Assembly: GCA_002708715.1 (NCBI GenBank)
Contig: PAPB01000035.1
Span: forward strand, 22,285 to 86,284
DNA from: Fidelibacterota bacterium
GTDB lineage: Bacteria > Fidelibacterota > Marinisomatia > Marinisomatales > UBA1611
DNA: 64,000 nt
Reading direction: 5' to 3'
Shown here: positions 47,416-56,401 of the stretch, piece after piece
How the letters are laid out: each line of letters begins with the position of its first letter
How positions within the stretch are numbered: the stretch's first letter is position 1
Notes under the pieces: generated by a model
What the model saw: the letters and a program-made list of their open reading frames with translations, nothing else
Databases searched by the model: none
What the model was told of the DNA's origin: nothing
Program-made: the position numbers and the translations under genes

Positions 47416-47442
47416 ACCAATAAAGTATCAATAGATTTAGAC

Positions 47443-47475
47443 AAAAAAAAAGGGGGAGTAGAACTCCCCCTTTTT
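47443..47475 (-). terminator. Rho-independent terminator after the 1266-aa gene
   Basis: On the minus strand: GGGGGAGT-TCT-ACTCCCCC followed by nine T. Confidence 0.85.
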
Positions 47476-47494
47476 AGATTATATAGATCAGTTG

Positions 47495-50400
47495 CTATTT
47501 CATTAATAGCATTTTTCCTGTTAAGATTCGATTATCTGAAGTAACCCTATATAGGTATAATCCAGAAGGAACTTTCTGACCATAAGTATTATTAGCATTC
47601 CACTGTATCGCATGTCTTCCTGCATGTAATTCACCATTCTGAAGTGTAATGATTTCATTACCCAAAATGTTGTATACAGTTACGTTTACCTTTGAGGTAT
47701 AATCTAAATCAAAGCGTAAAGTTGTTACAGGATTAAATGGATTAGGATAATTGCCTAATAATACGAATTCCTTTGGTGTGACAATATCCTCTTCTTCAGC
47801 AGATAGCACATCTGTAGAAATCATCATACCAATATTATCAAAATAGACAGCACCAGCATCAGCCTCTGGACCCTGCCATAATTCACAACCAGCATTAACA
47901 TTTACAGCTCCATCAGGAACCATACCTGAGACCATAACATGGTGCCACATATCAGTTGTCGAAGATGCATCAATTACTTCTGATGTGTATTTAGCTAATT
48001 GACTCCATCCAGCATCAAAGAATTCAACAAACAAATATCCATTATTATTACCTGTTACGGCATCACCAGCGGGTGTCATCATGTGGCCTTGCATATGGAC
48101 ATAGTTACCAGGTTCAAGGCCTAAACCATCAACACTGAAACCTTGATATACTGGTGTCCACTCAGGATTATCGTTAGAGTCATCAGTCCTGGGTGTTATT
48201 TGAAGACTGTGCATCCCTTCAAATGGATACATGTCATTGGCTTCCCAGTTTTCTAACTCTGGTGGCCAACTTCCCCAACCAAATGCGCCTTCTTCAAAAC
48301 CGCCATTTGTTAAGTATCCACCAGGACCTGCCCATGGATTTGCAGGGTTGTTATCACCAAATACTGTTTGCAACAGTACAGTTCCACTTGCGTCAGTATT
48401 CATATAGAATACTTTATCAATACCATAACCTGCTTCATTATCCATCGCGCCATTGTCTCCACCTTCATTTTCAATTCCAGGATAGTAGGCACCTAATTTA
48501 TAGGTGAACACATTACCATGGCCCGCAGGCAACATTAATGATCCAGTGAATACACCATCTCCATCTGAGTCAGTGAGTCTTGGTACATCAGGAGAACATG
48601 GTGTTGCACAATCAGGACCCATACAGTCACCCCAGGTACACCAACAATTCAAGAAAGAACCATTCATGATGAGTGTGTCAGGATGCTCTACAAAATATTC
48701 ACCAGTATTAACATTCTGAGTATTCATCATCCACATTGCGTGAATCTCAACTGTTACATCATTTAGAAGCTCTCCAATTGGAAGAATTACTGGCTCTGCT
48801 GGATCAAGAATGAGATCTTCACCCGTAAATTCAAACACTCTATTTGCCGCAGTCTCCCAACCACCATTGTTGAAGTTCTCATCTGGGTTTGCCTTAAACT
48901 TCCACTCATGCATACTACCTGGAGCAGCCATGATTGTTTTAGTAAAGGTGTAGAGGTTTGGATCGGTTAGATCTTCCTGGAATACATCTCCAGCTCCCCA
49001 ACCGTTTATTCCACCTCTTAGCTCCATGAAGTGTGTATTAGCATCCCATCCTTGAGATAATAAAGTCGTCATATCTGCCTGGAAGGTTACATTAGCCTCA
49101 ACAGGGTCTCCGCCACATGTGTAACATGAGCTGAAACAGAATGGAGGAGTCATGGTGTCTTCTTCTCCAACTGATATAACACGATCACCCCAATCTCCAG
49201 CACCACATCCTTCTGCGGTTAGGTTTCCACCATCTTCATATCCAGCATCATTACCACCATTATTGAATTTGTAGTAGTGTTCACCTTCTGGAAGAGGTAC
49301 CTTGATCATGTAGATACTTTCTTCACCTTCGACTAAAGTCATTGGATGAAAATTTGGCCAGAAAACACCACCACCAAGAAAAACACCATCTGGTGAAATT
49401 GTCTCTACTTCTTCCATATCTACATGGAAAACAACATAAGACTCATCACATGACAGACACTCTCCAAAACAAGCTGGAGGTAGTACTGTATTTTCATCAG
49501 GTACTACTAGCCATCTATCACTACCAAATCCACCTGCTCCACCACAGACAGGGTCTGTTACACTTTCATCATTTCCCCATGCATTACCATTAATAAATTT
49601 ATAGTAAAGAGTATCACCCGCTTCTGCTTCAATATCAACAGAAAAAATACCATCCATATCGGGATCATGTAGCTCAGTTGCACCTGGATCCCATCCTTGG
49701 AAACTTCCAGCGACGTGCACGCCATCATCAGAGACATCATGGTTTCTCATGTCTAGGTTAAGGGTAATAACGCGAGGTAGGAAGGGGTTTGCTGGATTAT
49801 TATCTCCAAATACAGTTTCCAATGTCACAGTTCCGCTTGCGTCTGTTGGAATGTAATATACTTTATCTGCGCCGAAGCCCGCTTCGTTATCCATAGATCC
49901 ATTTTCACCAGGTACATCTTCAACACCCGGATAATATGCACCGAGTTTGTAGGTGAATACATTACCATGTCCAGCAGGTAAACTTAGTGAACCAACATAG
50001 ACTCCATCACCATCTGGATCAGTAAGACGCGGGACATCTGGAGAAACAGATTCTGCGCAACTTGATCCCATACAGTTACCCCATGTACACCAGCAATTTA
50101 AGAACGATCCGTTCATAACTAATGTATCAGGAGTTACAGGAAAGGGCTCGTTGTTATTAGCATTGAGAGTACCTTCCACCCACGTTGCATGAATCTCAAC
50201 GTCTACAGCATTAGCAAGTGGTCCAATAGGAAGGATAGCAGGTGTCTCAGGAGCAAGAACTATATCTTCTCCCCAGAAATAGAATATTCTATTAGCAGCT
50301 GTTTCCCAACCATTATTATTAAAATTAGCATCAGGGTTAGCTTTAAACTTCCACTCTTGTACTGAACCGGGCTGTGCTGTGATTTCTTTTGTAAAGGTAT

Positions 50401-51295
50401 AGAGGTTTGGATCTGTGAGATCTTCTTGGAAGACATCTCCAGCAGCCCAACCATTCATTCCACCTCTAAGTTCCATGAAATGTGTATTGACGTCCCAACC
50501 TTGTGATAGTAGAACACTCATATCAGCCTGGAAAGTAACACTAGCTGTTAGAGGCTCACCGCCACAAGCATAGCAGGAAGCAAAACAAGGAACTGGATCA
50601 AACATCATGTCATCTGCTGAAACAGTTACAGCTCGATTAACAAATTCACTACCTTGTGTTGTACAAAAATCTTCTTGAAGCTCTTCCCAGTTGTCGCCAT
50701 TTATCACAAACTTATACTCGTGTACGCTCTCTTCAGGAAATGCTTTAGAAAGTTTATAGATACCATCACCAGCATCCTCCATCCAATCAACTGACGCATC
50801 CCAAGCATTAAATGTTCCTGCTAGTCTCACGTCTGTTACATCAAACCCAGCAACATTTACCGCAAAATGAACGTAAGATTCGTCACAGCCAATACATTCA
50901 CTAAAACACACTGGATCAAGAACAGTATCTGCATCAGGAACCGCTAGCCATCTATCATTTCCAAAACCACCAGCACCACCACATAGTGGATCCTCAACGC
51001 CTTCATCATTTCCCCATGCGTTTCCATTAATGTATTTAAAATAGACTGTGTCTTCTGCCACGCCAGACATGTCAACAACAACGGTGTAGACACCATCTCC
51101 ATCTTCATCAGTCAATGCTGTAGCAGCTGGATCCCAGCCCTGAAAGCTACCCGCAACGTGTACCCCATCTTCTGAAACAGTTACATCAGACATATCTACA
51201 TTCAATGTAACGTTAACAGCAAAAAGAGAAGAGGTTAGTGCTACGATCATAGCCAAGGAAAAAACCTTTAATCGATTTATCATAGATTGCTCCAT
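47495..51295 (-). CDS. 1266-aa surface protein with a duplicated ~480-aa block of four beta-sandwich (CBM-like) modules, a CBM4/9-like domain and a T9SS C-terminal domain
   Basis: It has a signal peptide. Module signatures include DGVHVAGSFQGWDP, VRLAGTFNAWD, MELRGGMNGWAAGD and MNGSFLNCWCTWG. There is an NGGFEEGAFGW block. The C-terminus reads NYPNPFNPVTTLRF...GLYLYRV...MLLMK. Confidence 0.6.
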   Translation of the reverse strand: MEQSMINRLKVFSLAMIVALTSSLFAVNVTLNVDMSDVTVSEDGVHVAGSFQGWDPAATALTDEDGDGVYTVVVDMSGVAEDTVYFKYINGNAWGNDEGVEDPLCGGAGGFGNDRWLAVPDADTVLDPVCFSECIGCDESYVHFAVNVAGFDVTDVRLAGTFNAWDASVDWMEDAGDGIYKLSKAFPEESVHEYKFVINGDNWEELQEDFCTTQGSEFVNRAVTVSADDMMFDPVPCFASCYACGGEPLTASVTFQADMSVLLSQGWDVNTHFMELRGGMNGWAAGDVFQEDLTDPNLYTFTKEITAQPGSVQEWKFKANPDANFNNNGWETAANRIFYFWGEDIVLAPETPAILPIGPLANAVDVEIHATWVEGTLNANNNEPFPVTPDTLVMNGSFLNCWCTWGNCMGSSCAESVSPDVPRLTDPDGDGVYVGSLSLPAGHGNVFTYKLGAYYPGVEDVPGENGSMDNEAGFGADKVYYIPTDASGTVTLETVFGDNNPANPFLPRVITLNLDMRNHDVSDDGVHVAGSFQGWDPGATELHDPDMDGIFSVDIEAEAGDTLYYKFINGNAWGNDESVTDPVCGGAGGFGSDRWLVVPDENTVLPPACFGECLSCDESYVVFHVDMEEVETISPDGVFLGGGVFWPNFHPMTLVEGEESIYMIKVPLPEGEHYYKFNNGGNDAGYEDGGNLTAEGCGAGDWGDRVISVGEEDTMTPPFCFSSCYTCGGDPVEANVTFQADMTTLLSQGWDANTHFMELRGGINGWGAGDVFQEDLTDPNLYTFTKTIMAAPGSMHEWKFKANPDENFNNGGWETAANRVFEFTGEDLILDPAEPVILPIGELLNDVTVEIHAMWMMNTQNVNTGEYFVEHPDTLIMNGSFLNCWCTWGDCMGPDCATPCSPDVPRLTDSDGDGVFTGSLMLPAGHGNVFTYKLGAYYPGIENEGGDNGAMDNEAGYGIDKVFYMNTDASGTVLLQTVFGDNNPANPWAGPGGYLTNGGFEEGAFGWGSWPPELENWEANDMYPFEGMHSLQITPRTDDSNDNPEWTPVYQGFSVDGLGLEPGNYVHMQGHMMTPAGDAVTGNNNGYLFVEFFDAGWSQLAKYTSEVIDASSTTDMWHHVMVSGMVPDGAVNVNAGCELWQGPEADAGAVYFDNIGMMISTDVLSAEEEDIVTPKEFVLLGNYPNPFNPVTTLRFDLDYTSKVNVTVYNILGNEIITLQNGELHAGRHAIQWNANNTYGQKVPSGLYLYRVTSDNRILTGKMLLMK
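48335..51217 (-). repeat. Intragenic tandem duplication: unit 1 = 51217-49775 (aa 27-507), unit 2 = 49774-48335 (aa 508-987)
   Basis: The units align end to end, for example VNVTLNVDMSDVTVSEDGVHVAGSFQGWDPAAT... with VITLNLDMRNHDVSDDGVHVAGSFQGWDPGAT.... Both end in TVFGDNNPANP. Similarity is also visible at nucleotide level. Confidence 0.85.
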
Positions 51296-51325
51296 TTTTA
51301 CTTTATTTACGTTTAAATATTTTAG

Positions 51326-51343
51326 TAACTCTAGATAGAGACA
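51326..51343. promoter_or_regulatory. Imperfect copy (TAACTCTA-GA-TAGAGACA) of the palindrome found at 59850-59867; candidate shared operator
   Basis: It lies 31 nt upstream of the ATG of the 1266-aa gene. The surrounding ~35 nt (TTAGTAACTCTA..TAGAG..ATTAATT.TAGG) are shared with the 59.85 kb region. Confidence 0.45.
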
Positions 51344-51425
51344 CTATTAATTATAGGTAGTAAAACCAGTTTAACATACTAATTTAGTTATAATGGCCTT
51401 AATTCTACAAAAGAATTTTAGTAGG

Positions 51426-52436
51426 TTATAATGATGTTGTAAGTGTGATTTTTTTGGGATTGCCTAGCGGACCCATATCTACATAGGTATAATCAATATG
51501 ATAGTACGTATTAGATATTTTTAATTTTATTCCACATCCAATAGATACACCAGAGATGCTATCTCGTTGATACAGATTTGCTAACCCTGAACGCAAGAAC
51601 AAGAAATCTTTAAATGTTAATTCAGAGCCTAGATTAATACTCTCTGTATTATCATTGGGATGCAGGGCATCTACGGCAAATAAGATACTTAGATTATTGG
51701 GTAAGCTTTTTTTATAGGCTAATCCAAAGCGGAATATAAGTGGAAGTTCAAAACGATCTGTTGCAAAATTAGCATTAATATTAATTGGATCAGACTCAAG
51801 GCTGGGGTCTACCTCAGTTTGTAAAAGTAAATCGCGTCCTTCCATCTGCATCTTTGTACCGTAGTTTGATATACTCATTCCCATAGTAAGTCCAGGAATT
51901 TGCGTATCGTATAAGGTACCAAGGTCAAGTGCCAAACCATTGGCCTTAGAGTTGTAGATACTTTCTCGAATAATCTTAGTTGATATTCCAAAAGAAAATC
52001 TATCTGTGAGAGACCTTGAAAATGTTAGCTGACCCATAATAGAACCAGCATTAAATTTTTCACCTGTACCTTCAGGGGAATGGGTTGTTGTCACTTCCAT
52101 TTCACCCATATACATTGCGCTAATGGCTGCACCTATAGTTCCAAAAGGAGTGTTATAAGATCCGCCAATAAAATCTAGATCTACATCTAATATCCAATCT
52201 TGGTGATCTAGTATGATTTCATTTTTTTTAATGGATGCTAATCCAGCAGGATTCCAATAGAGAGCAGTCGCATCATTAGATACGGCGGAGTAAGCTCCAC
52301 CCATACCAAGAGCCCTTGCTCCGATTCCAATTTTTAAAAATTGGGCTGCAGTGGTTCCTGTTTTAGAAACAGTTTGTGTAAAAGATATAGATAAAAACAG
52401 AGCTAAGATTGGTATCGTTTGTATAAAATATTTCAT
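51426..52436 (-). CDS. PorV/PorQ-family-like outer-membrane beta-barrel (module B), paralogue of 40841..41851
   Basis: It has GTTAAQFLKIGIGARALGMGGAYSAVSNDATALYWNPAGLA and is also exactly 336 aa. The ATG overlaps the upstream stop by 4 nt. Confidence 0.7.
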   Translation of the reverse strand: MKYFIQTIPILALFLSISFTQTVSKTGTTAAQFLKIGIGARALGMGGAYSAVSNDATALYWNPAGLASIKKNEIILDHQDWILDVDLDFIGGSYNTPFGTIGAAISAMYMGEMEVTTTHSPEGTGEKFNAGSIMGQLTFSRSLTDRFSFGISTKIIRESIYNSKANGLALDLGTLYDTQIPGLTMGMSISNYGTKMQMEGRDLLLQTEVDPSLESDPININANFATDRFELPLIFRFGLAYKKSLPNNLSILFAVDALHPNDNTESINLGSELTFKDFLFLRSGLANLYQRDSISGVSIGCGIKLKISNTYYHIDYTYVDMGPLGNPKKITLTTSL

Positions 52437-55400
52437 TTTATGACTGCAAATTTTCCTAAATGAGGTTTAAAATCATATAAACCTTCATCCATAGGCTCAA
52501 CATGATAAAAATATACTCCGTAGGCGATATCTAGATTATCTTTAGTTAGCATATCCCATTCGTAAGATCCATCATCAAAGTCGGTATTATGAATTAAGGT
52601 ATTGACAAGTTCTCCAGAGAGAGTAAATACTTGGATTTTACACTGTGGAGGAAGGTGATTAAAATGAATAGAGCGTGGTCCTCTGCCATCTGCATATGGA
52701 TTTTGTCCTTCCCAACTTGCAGCTACAATATAAGGATTGGGTACAACTTTAATATTATTAGTTGAATAATTTAATAATCCTGGATCAAATGAAGCTCCTT
52801 TTGAAATAAACTCATACACATCTGCACTTGAAAAGGGTTTAGTGGTGTACAAAGATAACGTATCGCCAGTAGTTGGTATATGTTGCTCCGGTATGTTATC
52901 GTGGCCAGGTGTTACATTCCATGTAACAAACGAAGTGTCTCCTACATGCTCCAATAGTATAATTCGGTCAGAATAAGAAAAGTGACCTGGTTTTGCTAAT
53001 TCAAGTTTTAGTGCATAGTCTGTGCCAAAAAGAGATACCGCAAATCCAAAATCTGACCATGTTCCTGCGACAGTATCTATAATGTTATAGTATCCAAATT
53101 GATCTTCTCTTAGATAAAACTCACTGTTGATTATTGAATCAATAGGTACCGAATCTGGAAGACCAGCAGCCTTGCTGTAGTATATCCAGGTCCTATCAAT
53201 TATCGCTAGATCAATGCTTATCTCTTCATTATCTAAATCAATTACCTTAAAATTTGCCATTGAGGAATCAATGGTAATGGTTTGACCATTCTCGCGTAAT
53301 AGATCAATAGAAGCTGTTGAGTATATTGCAGAGTCTGAGAACACTAATCCATAATTTCTTGGATAGGCGACGCCCTGAGTTGCGATACCTCCGAAACTGA
53401 AGGGGCTGAAAGTATAAGCATAATCAGATTCTGATTCTGGGTAAAAATGAGATAGGTCACTATCGGTCTGAATTGATGTTTGATTATTTATTTCTAAAAT
53501 CATTCCATTAAATTGACCTAGGTCACTATCGAGATCAGTGCTCCATGGTACCACAGTATCCAATTGAGTATTGTTTGATATATTTACCACCATAAAATCA
53601 GTGGTGTGTGGTATTGCTTCGTCTAGATCATAAATATCTAAATTTGGTTCTCCAGTATCGGCTACCCCATTATTTTCTGTCATCTCACCATAGTCAAATT
53701 CTCCATTATTTTCTGTTCCAAATGGATTGTTATTGTATTCATAATCATCATTGTTAGGATCAGGGTTTTGGGTTGGGTCGAATCCAAATTCCTGTTCATT
53801 GCACAACCCATCTGAGCCGCAATCATTCCAGTTATCTTGATTCTCATCATTTGCAACGGGATTGGCAAAATCATTACATCCTCCGAGGCCATTTTCATAG
53901 TAGTCAGAGCATCCATCAATACCAACATCATGGGAATCGGCAGACCAATCACCATCATCATCAATCATATTCATGCGTGTATCTTTAAAATAGATTTGAT
54001 AGATATTATTATCTGGAATTTTTGAAGGATCAATATTGCGTATTTTCATTGTTCCAGTACCTACTGGTGTAGTTACTGGATAGACATCTTTTTCCTTTGG
54101 TGCTGCAACATAGCCAATAGAGGGAGCATCAGGGACTGCGGTTATAACATTTTTTGCGGTAATAACTTTTCCACCTCGATTCATGGTTACAAATTTCGAT
54201 GTTTCAGCTGGAAGAATTTCTTTTTCAATTGACCCATGATCGTAGGCTGTTACCGCATAAAAATATCTATGTCCATTGATTACATTTGTATCGGTCCAAG
54301 AATGTACTAGTCCAGAATTGTTACCAAGATAAAATTGAATTCCATCTACATGACCTGGGTAAAAATCTTCAAATTCATTGATCTTATCATATTGTTTAAT
54401 AGGAATATTAAATTTTGCGGTACCAAATGCATCAGTTATAACACCAGCATCTGTGAATTGAGTGTCAGTCGCTTTATAAATTTTATATCCTTCAAAATCA
54501 TCACCAGTTATTCTATCTACAGATTGCTCTGCATTATCGTCCCAATATAGTGTAACATATCCATCTCCAGAGTATGCCCAGACGCTTGGTAGGTCTGGTG
54601 CTTTTGCAAAATTATAGTTCTGGTTATATATAGTTTGGACAGTTTGTTTATTTCTAACCAAATCAGGGAGATTATCACCAAATAATAATGCGATTGAGAA
54701 TCGCTCTGTGAGATCTTTTTTCAATGGGAAATATCCAGAGCTGAATAAGAAATCAGCATCGGTGTTTGATATAGAATTATTAAAATAACCTGGTAGCATC
54801 TCTTCCCATAGCCTTGGATCGTCATCCATTTGTGGTCCTACACCAAAATTAAAATAATAAAAACTGGATAGTCCTATCTGGTCTGATTCATCTACATCTG
54901 TTTTATCAATATTTGGTTCACCAGGTAATTCTGTACCCATTCCTGAGGTAGGAAGGCCGTCTCCTTCTCCGAGATCTCCGCTTCCTGGCATCCCGTCTAT
55001 GCCCACATCATCTGTAGCAATATCCCAGTCACCATCATTATCAATGCCATCTTCTCTGCTTTCGTCAATGAGAGTGTTGGTGGATCCGATCCCGCTAAAA
55101 TAATCTATATATTTTAGGCCTTCTCCTGATAGAGCATCAAAATATAGATATGTATCTTCAAAAATACCTGGCGCGATTTCTATGGATGCACCATTATTTT
55201 CATCGATCAAACCATTTAGGTTGTCATCGATAAGATTTCTTGGTATCTCTTCTAGTATATCTCCTGGCATAAACACATGCTCGCTATTCGATTTTTGAAT
55301 TATAATACCGCTTGATGGCATAGCAACTAAGGTTCTTTCATAGGTCTGGTAGTCGATTACGACTATAGTATCGCCAGTGCTATAAGATCGACTAGAGAAC

Positions 55401-56401
55401 ACATCTTCTGAAAGTGTGAGTCCTAAACCATCTGATCCATCGCCATCATTATCTAATCCATCATAGGGATTTCCAGGACTTTCCAAGAATGCATAACCAG
55501 CAAGTCCAACAGGTGACCACCCGCTAGATCCTATACCACCTAGACCAGTTTCTAAGTCAGTGCCATTGTCATATGAAAAGGCTATATCATCTGATTTTTC
55601 AAAATCAGCCCAGTCATCTCCGCTGTCCCCATCACCACCAGTGATGGTTCCTACAATATAGCCGAATACCATTTTTTCCATATCATAGTCACTTATATTT
55701 TTGATGTCATATAGCCAAAATAATACATCTTCAGCTAGAATATGGTTCCATTGTAATCCTCTTTGTGTACATCTTAGTCCCATGCCACGTCTTTCAAGAT
55801 CATTCGAATCTGGATAATAAAAAAATTCTGCATCTTGGGCGTCATCCATTACAAAATAACTTTCTTGTTCAGCATTTTTCTGATCTTTACCAAAATATCC
55901 GTTCCAAGTACCTGCCCATCCAGGATCCAATGGGTCATCTAGCTTATCCGGCCATTGTTCAGGCCAGGTATTGACATTAGCATTCTCTCCTTCAGATGGT
56001 CCCATATGACTCATAGCAATTAGAGGAGTATCTGGGTTAGTGTATCCAGACAAAGGTTCCCAGCCCCAATGGGTGTCAAGATTAAATTCACTACCACGTG
56101 GACTATCAATAGTAATCACACTTTTTCTTTTGATATTATCATTATCAACAAATTCTGTACCAACCATATGACCGACATCACCAATGTATTCATGTCCTGA
56201 ATTAATTGGCCACTCTCCACCAATATCTTCAGGCTCACTTGTCCATCGTCCTACTAAACCATAGTTATAGAAGGTAGTGCGAATTTTATTTCCTGAGTGG
56301 TCATTCTTAGCCCTAGCGAGTGAATTGCCTTTTGGACTTCCACTATGGCCTATGCTTAGAAAGAACCAAAGGATAAATAGTATATTATAATATTTTACCA
56401 T
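52433..56401 (-). CDS. Large secreted surface protein (module B), paralogue of 37134..40844
   Basis: It has a signal peptide and blocks shared with the paralogue: WPDKLDDPLDPGWAGTWNGYFGKDQ, DESREDGIDNDGDW, LPGEPNIDKTDVDESDQ, the FN3-like GDGYVTLYWDD...FEGYKIYKATD, and GHRYFYAVTAYDHG. The C-terminus reads IKVVPNPYI...LPPQCKIQVFTLSGELV...GVYFYHVEP...GKFAVIK. Confidence 0.6.
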   Translation of the reverse strand: MVKYYNILFILWFFLSIGHSGSPKGNSLARAKNDHSGNKIRTTFYNYGLVGRWTSEPEDIGGEWPINSGHEYIGDVGHMVGTEFVDNDNIKRKSVITIDSPRGSEFNLDTHWGWEPLSGYTNPDTPLIAMSHMGPSEGENANVNTWPEQWPDKLDDPLDPGWAGTWNGYFGKDQKNAEQESYFVMDDAQDAEFFYYPDSNDLERRGMGLRCTQRGLQWNHILAEDVLFWLYDIKNISDYDMEKMVFGYIVGTITGGDGDSGDDWADFEKSDDIAFSYDNGTDLETGLGGIGSSGWSPVGLAGYAFLESPGNPYDGLDNDGDGSDGLGLTLSEDVFSSRSYSTGDTIVVIDYQTYERTLVAMPSSGIIIQKSNSEHVFMPGDILEEIPRNLIDDNLNGLIDENNGASIEIAPGIFEDTYLYFDALSGEGLKYIDYFSGIGSTNTLIDESREDGIDNDGDWDIATDDVGIDGMPGSGDLGEGDGLPTSGMGTELPGEPNIDKTDVDESDQIGLSSFYYFNFGVGPQMDDDPRLWEEMLPGYFNNSISNTDADFLFSSGYFPLKKDLTERFSIALLFGDNLPDLVRNKQTVQTIYNQNYNFAKAPDLPSVWAYSGDGYVTLYWDDNAEQSVDRITGDDFEGYKIYKATDTQFTDAGVITDAFGTAKFNIPIKQYDKINEFEDFYPGHVDGIQFYLGNNSGLVHSWTDTNVINGHRYFYAVTAYDHGSIEKEILPAETSKFVTMNRGGKVITAKNVITAVPDAPSIGYVAAPKEKDVYPVTTPVGTGTMKIRNIDPSKIPDNNIYQIYFKDTRMNMIDDDGDWSADSHDVGIDGCSDYYENGLGGCNDFANPVANDENQDNWNDCGSDGLCNEQEFGFDPTQNPDPNNDDYEYNNNPFGTENNGEFDYGEMTENNGVADTGEPNLDIYDLDEAIPHTTDFMVVNISNNTQLDTVVPWSTDLDSDLGQFNGMILEINNQTSIQTDSDLSHFYPESESDYAYTFSPFSFGGIATQGVAYPRNYGLVFSDSAIYSTASIDLLRENGQTITIDSSMANFKVIDLDNEEISIDLAIIDRTWIYYSKAAGLPDSVPIDSIINSEFYLREDQFGYYNIIDTVAGTWSDFGFAVSLFGTDYALKLELAKPGHFSYSDRIILLEHVGDTSFVTWNVTPGHDNIPEQHIPTTGDTLSLYTTKPFSSADVYEFISKGASFDPGLLNYSTNNIKVVPNPYIVAASWEGQNPYADGRGPRSIHFNHLPPQCKIQVFTLSGELVNTLIHNTDFDDGSYEWDMLTKDNLDIAYGVYFYHVEPMDEGLYDFKPHLGKFAVIK

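Noticed and set aside
48193-50454. His/Gln/Leu-rich ORFs inside the 1266-aa gene (48193..48507, 48504..48719, 49342..49593, 49558..49740, 50260..50454), and similar ones in the module-B giant gene (53680..54025).
   Set aside because: They mirror the repeat structure and composition of the real minus-strand genes. They have no start context and no motifs, so I treat them as frame artefacts.
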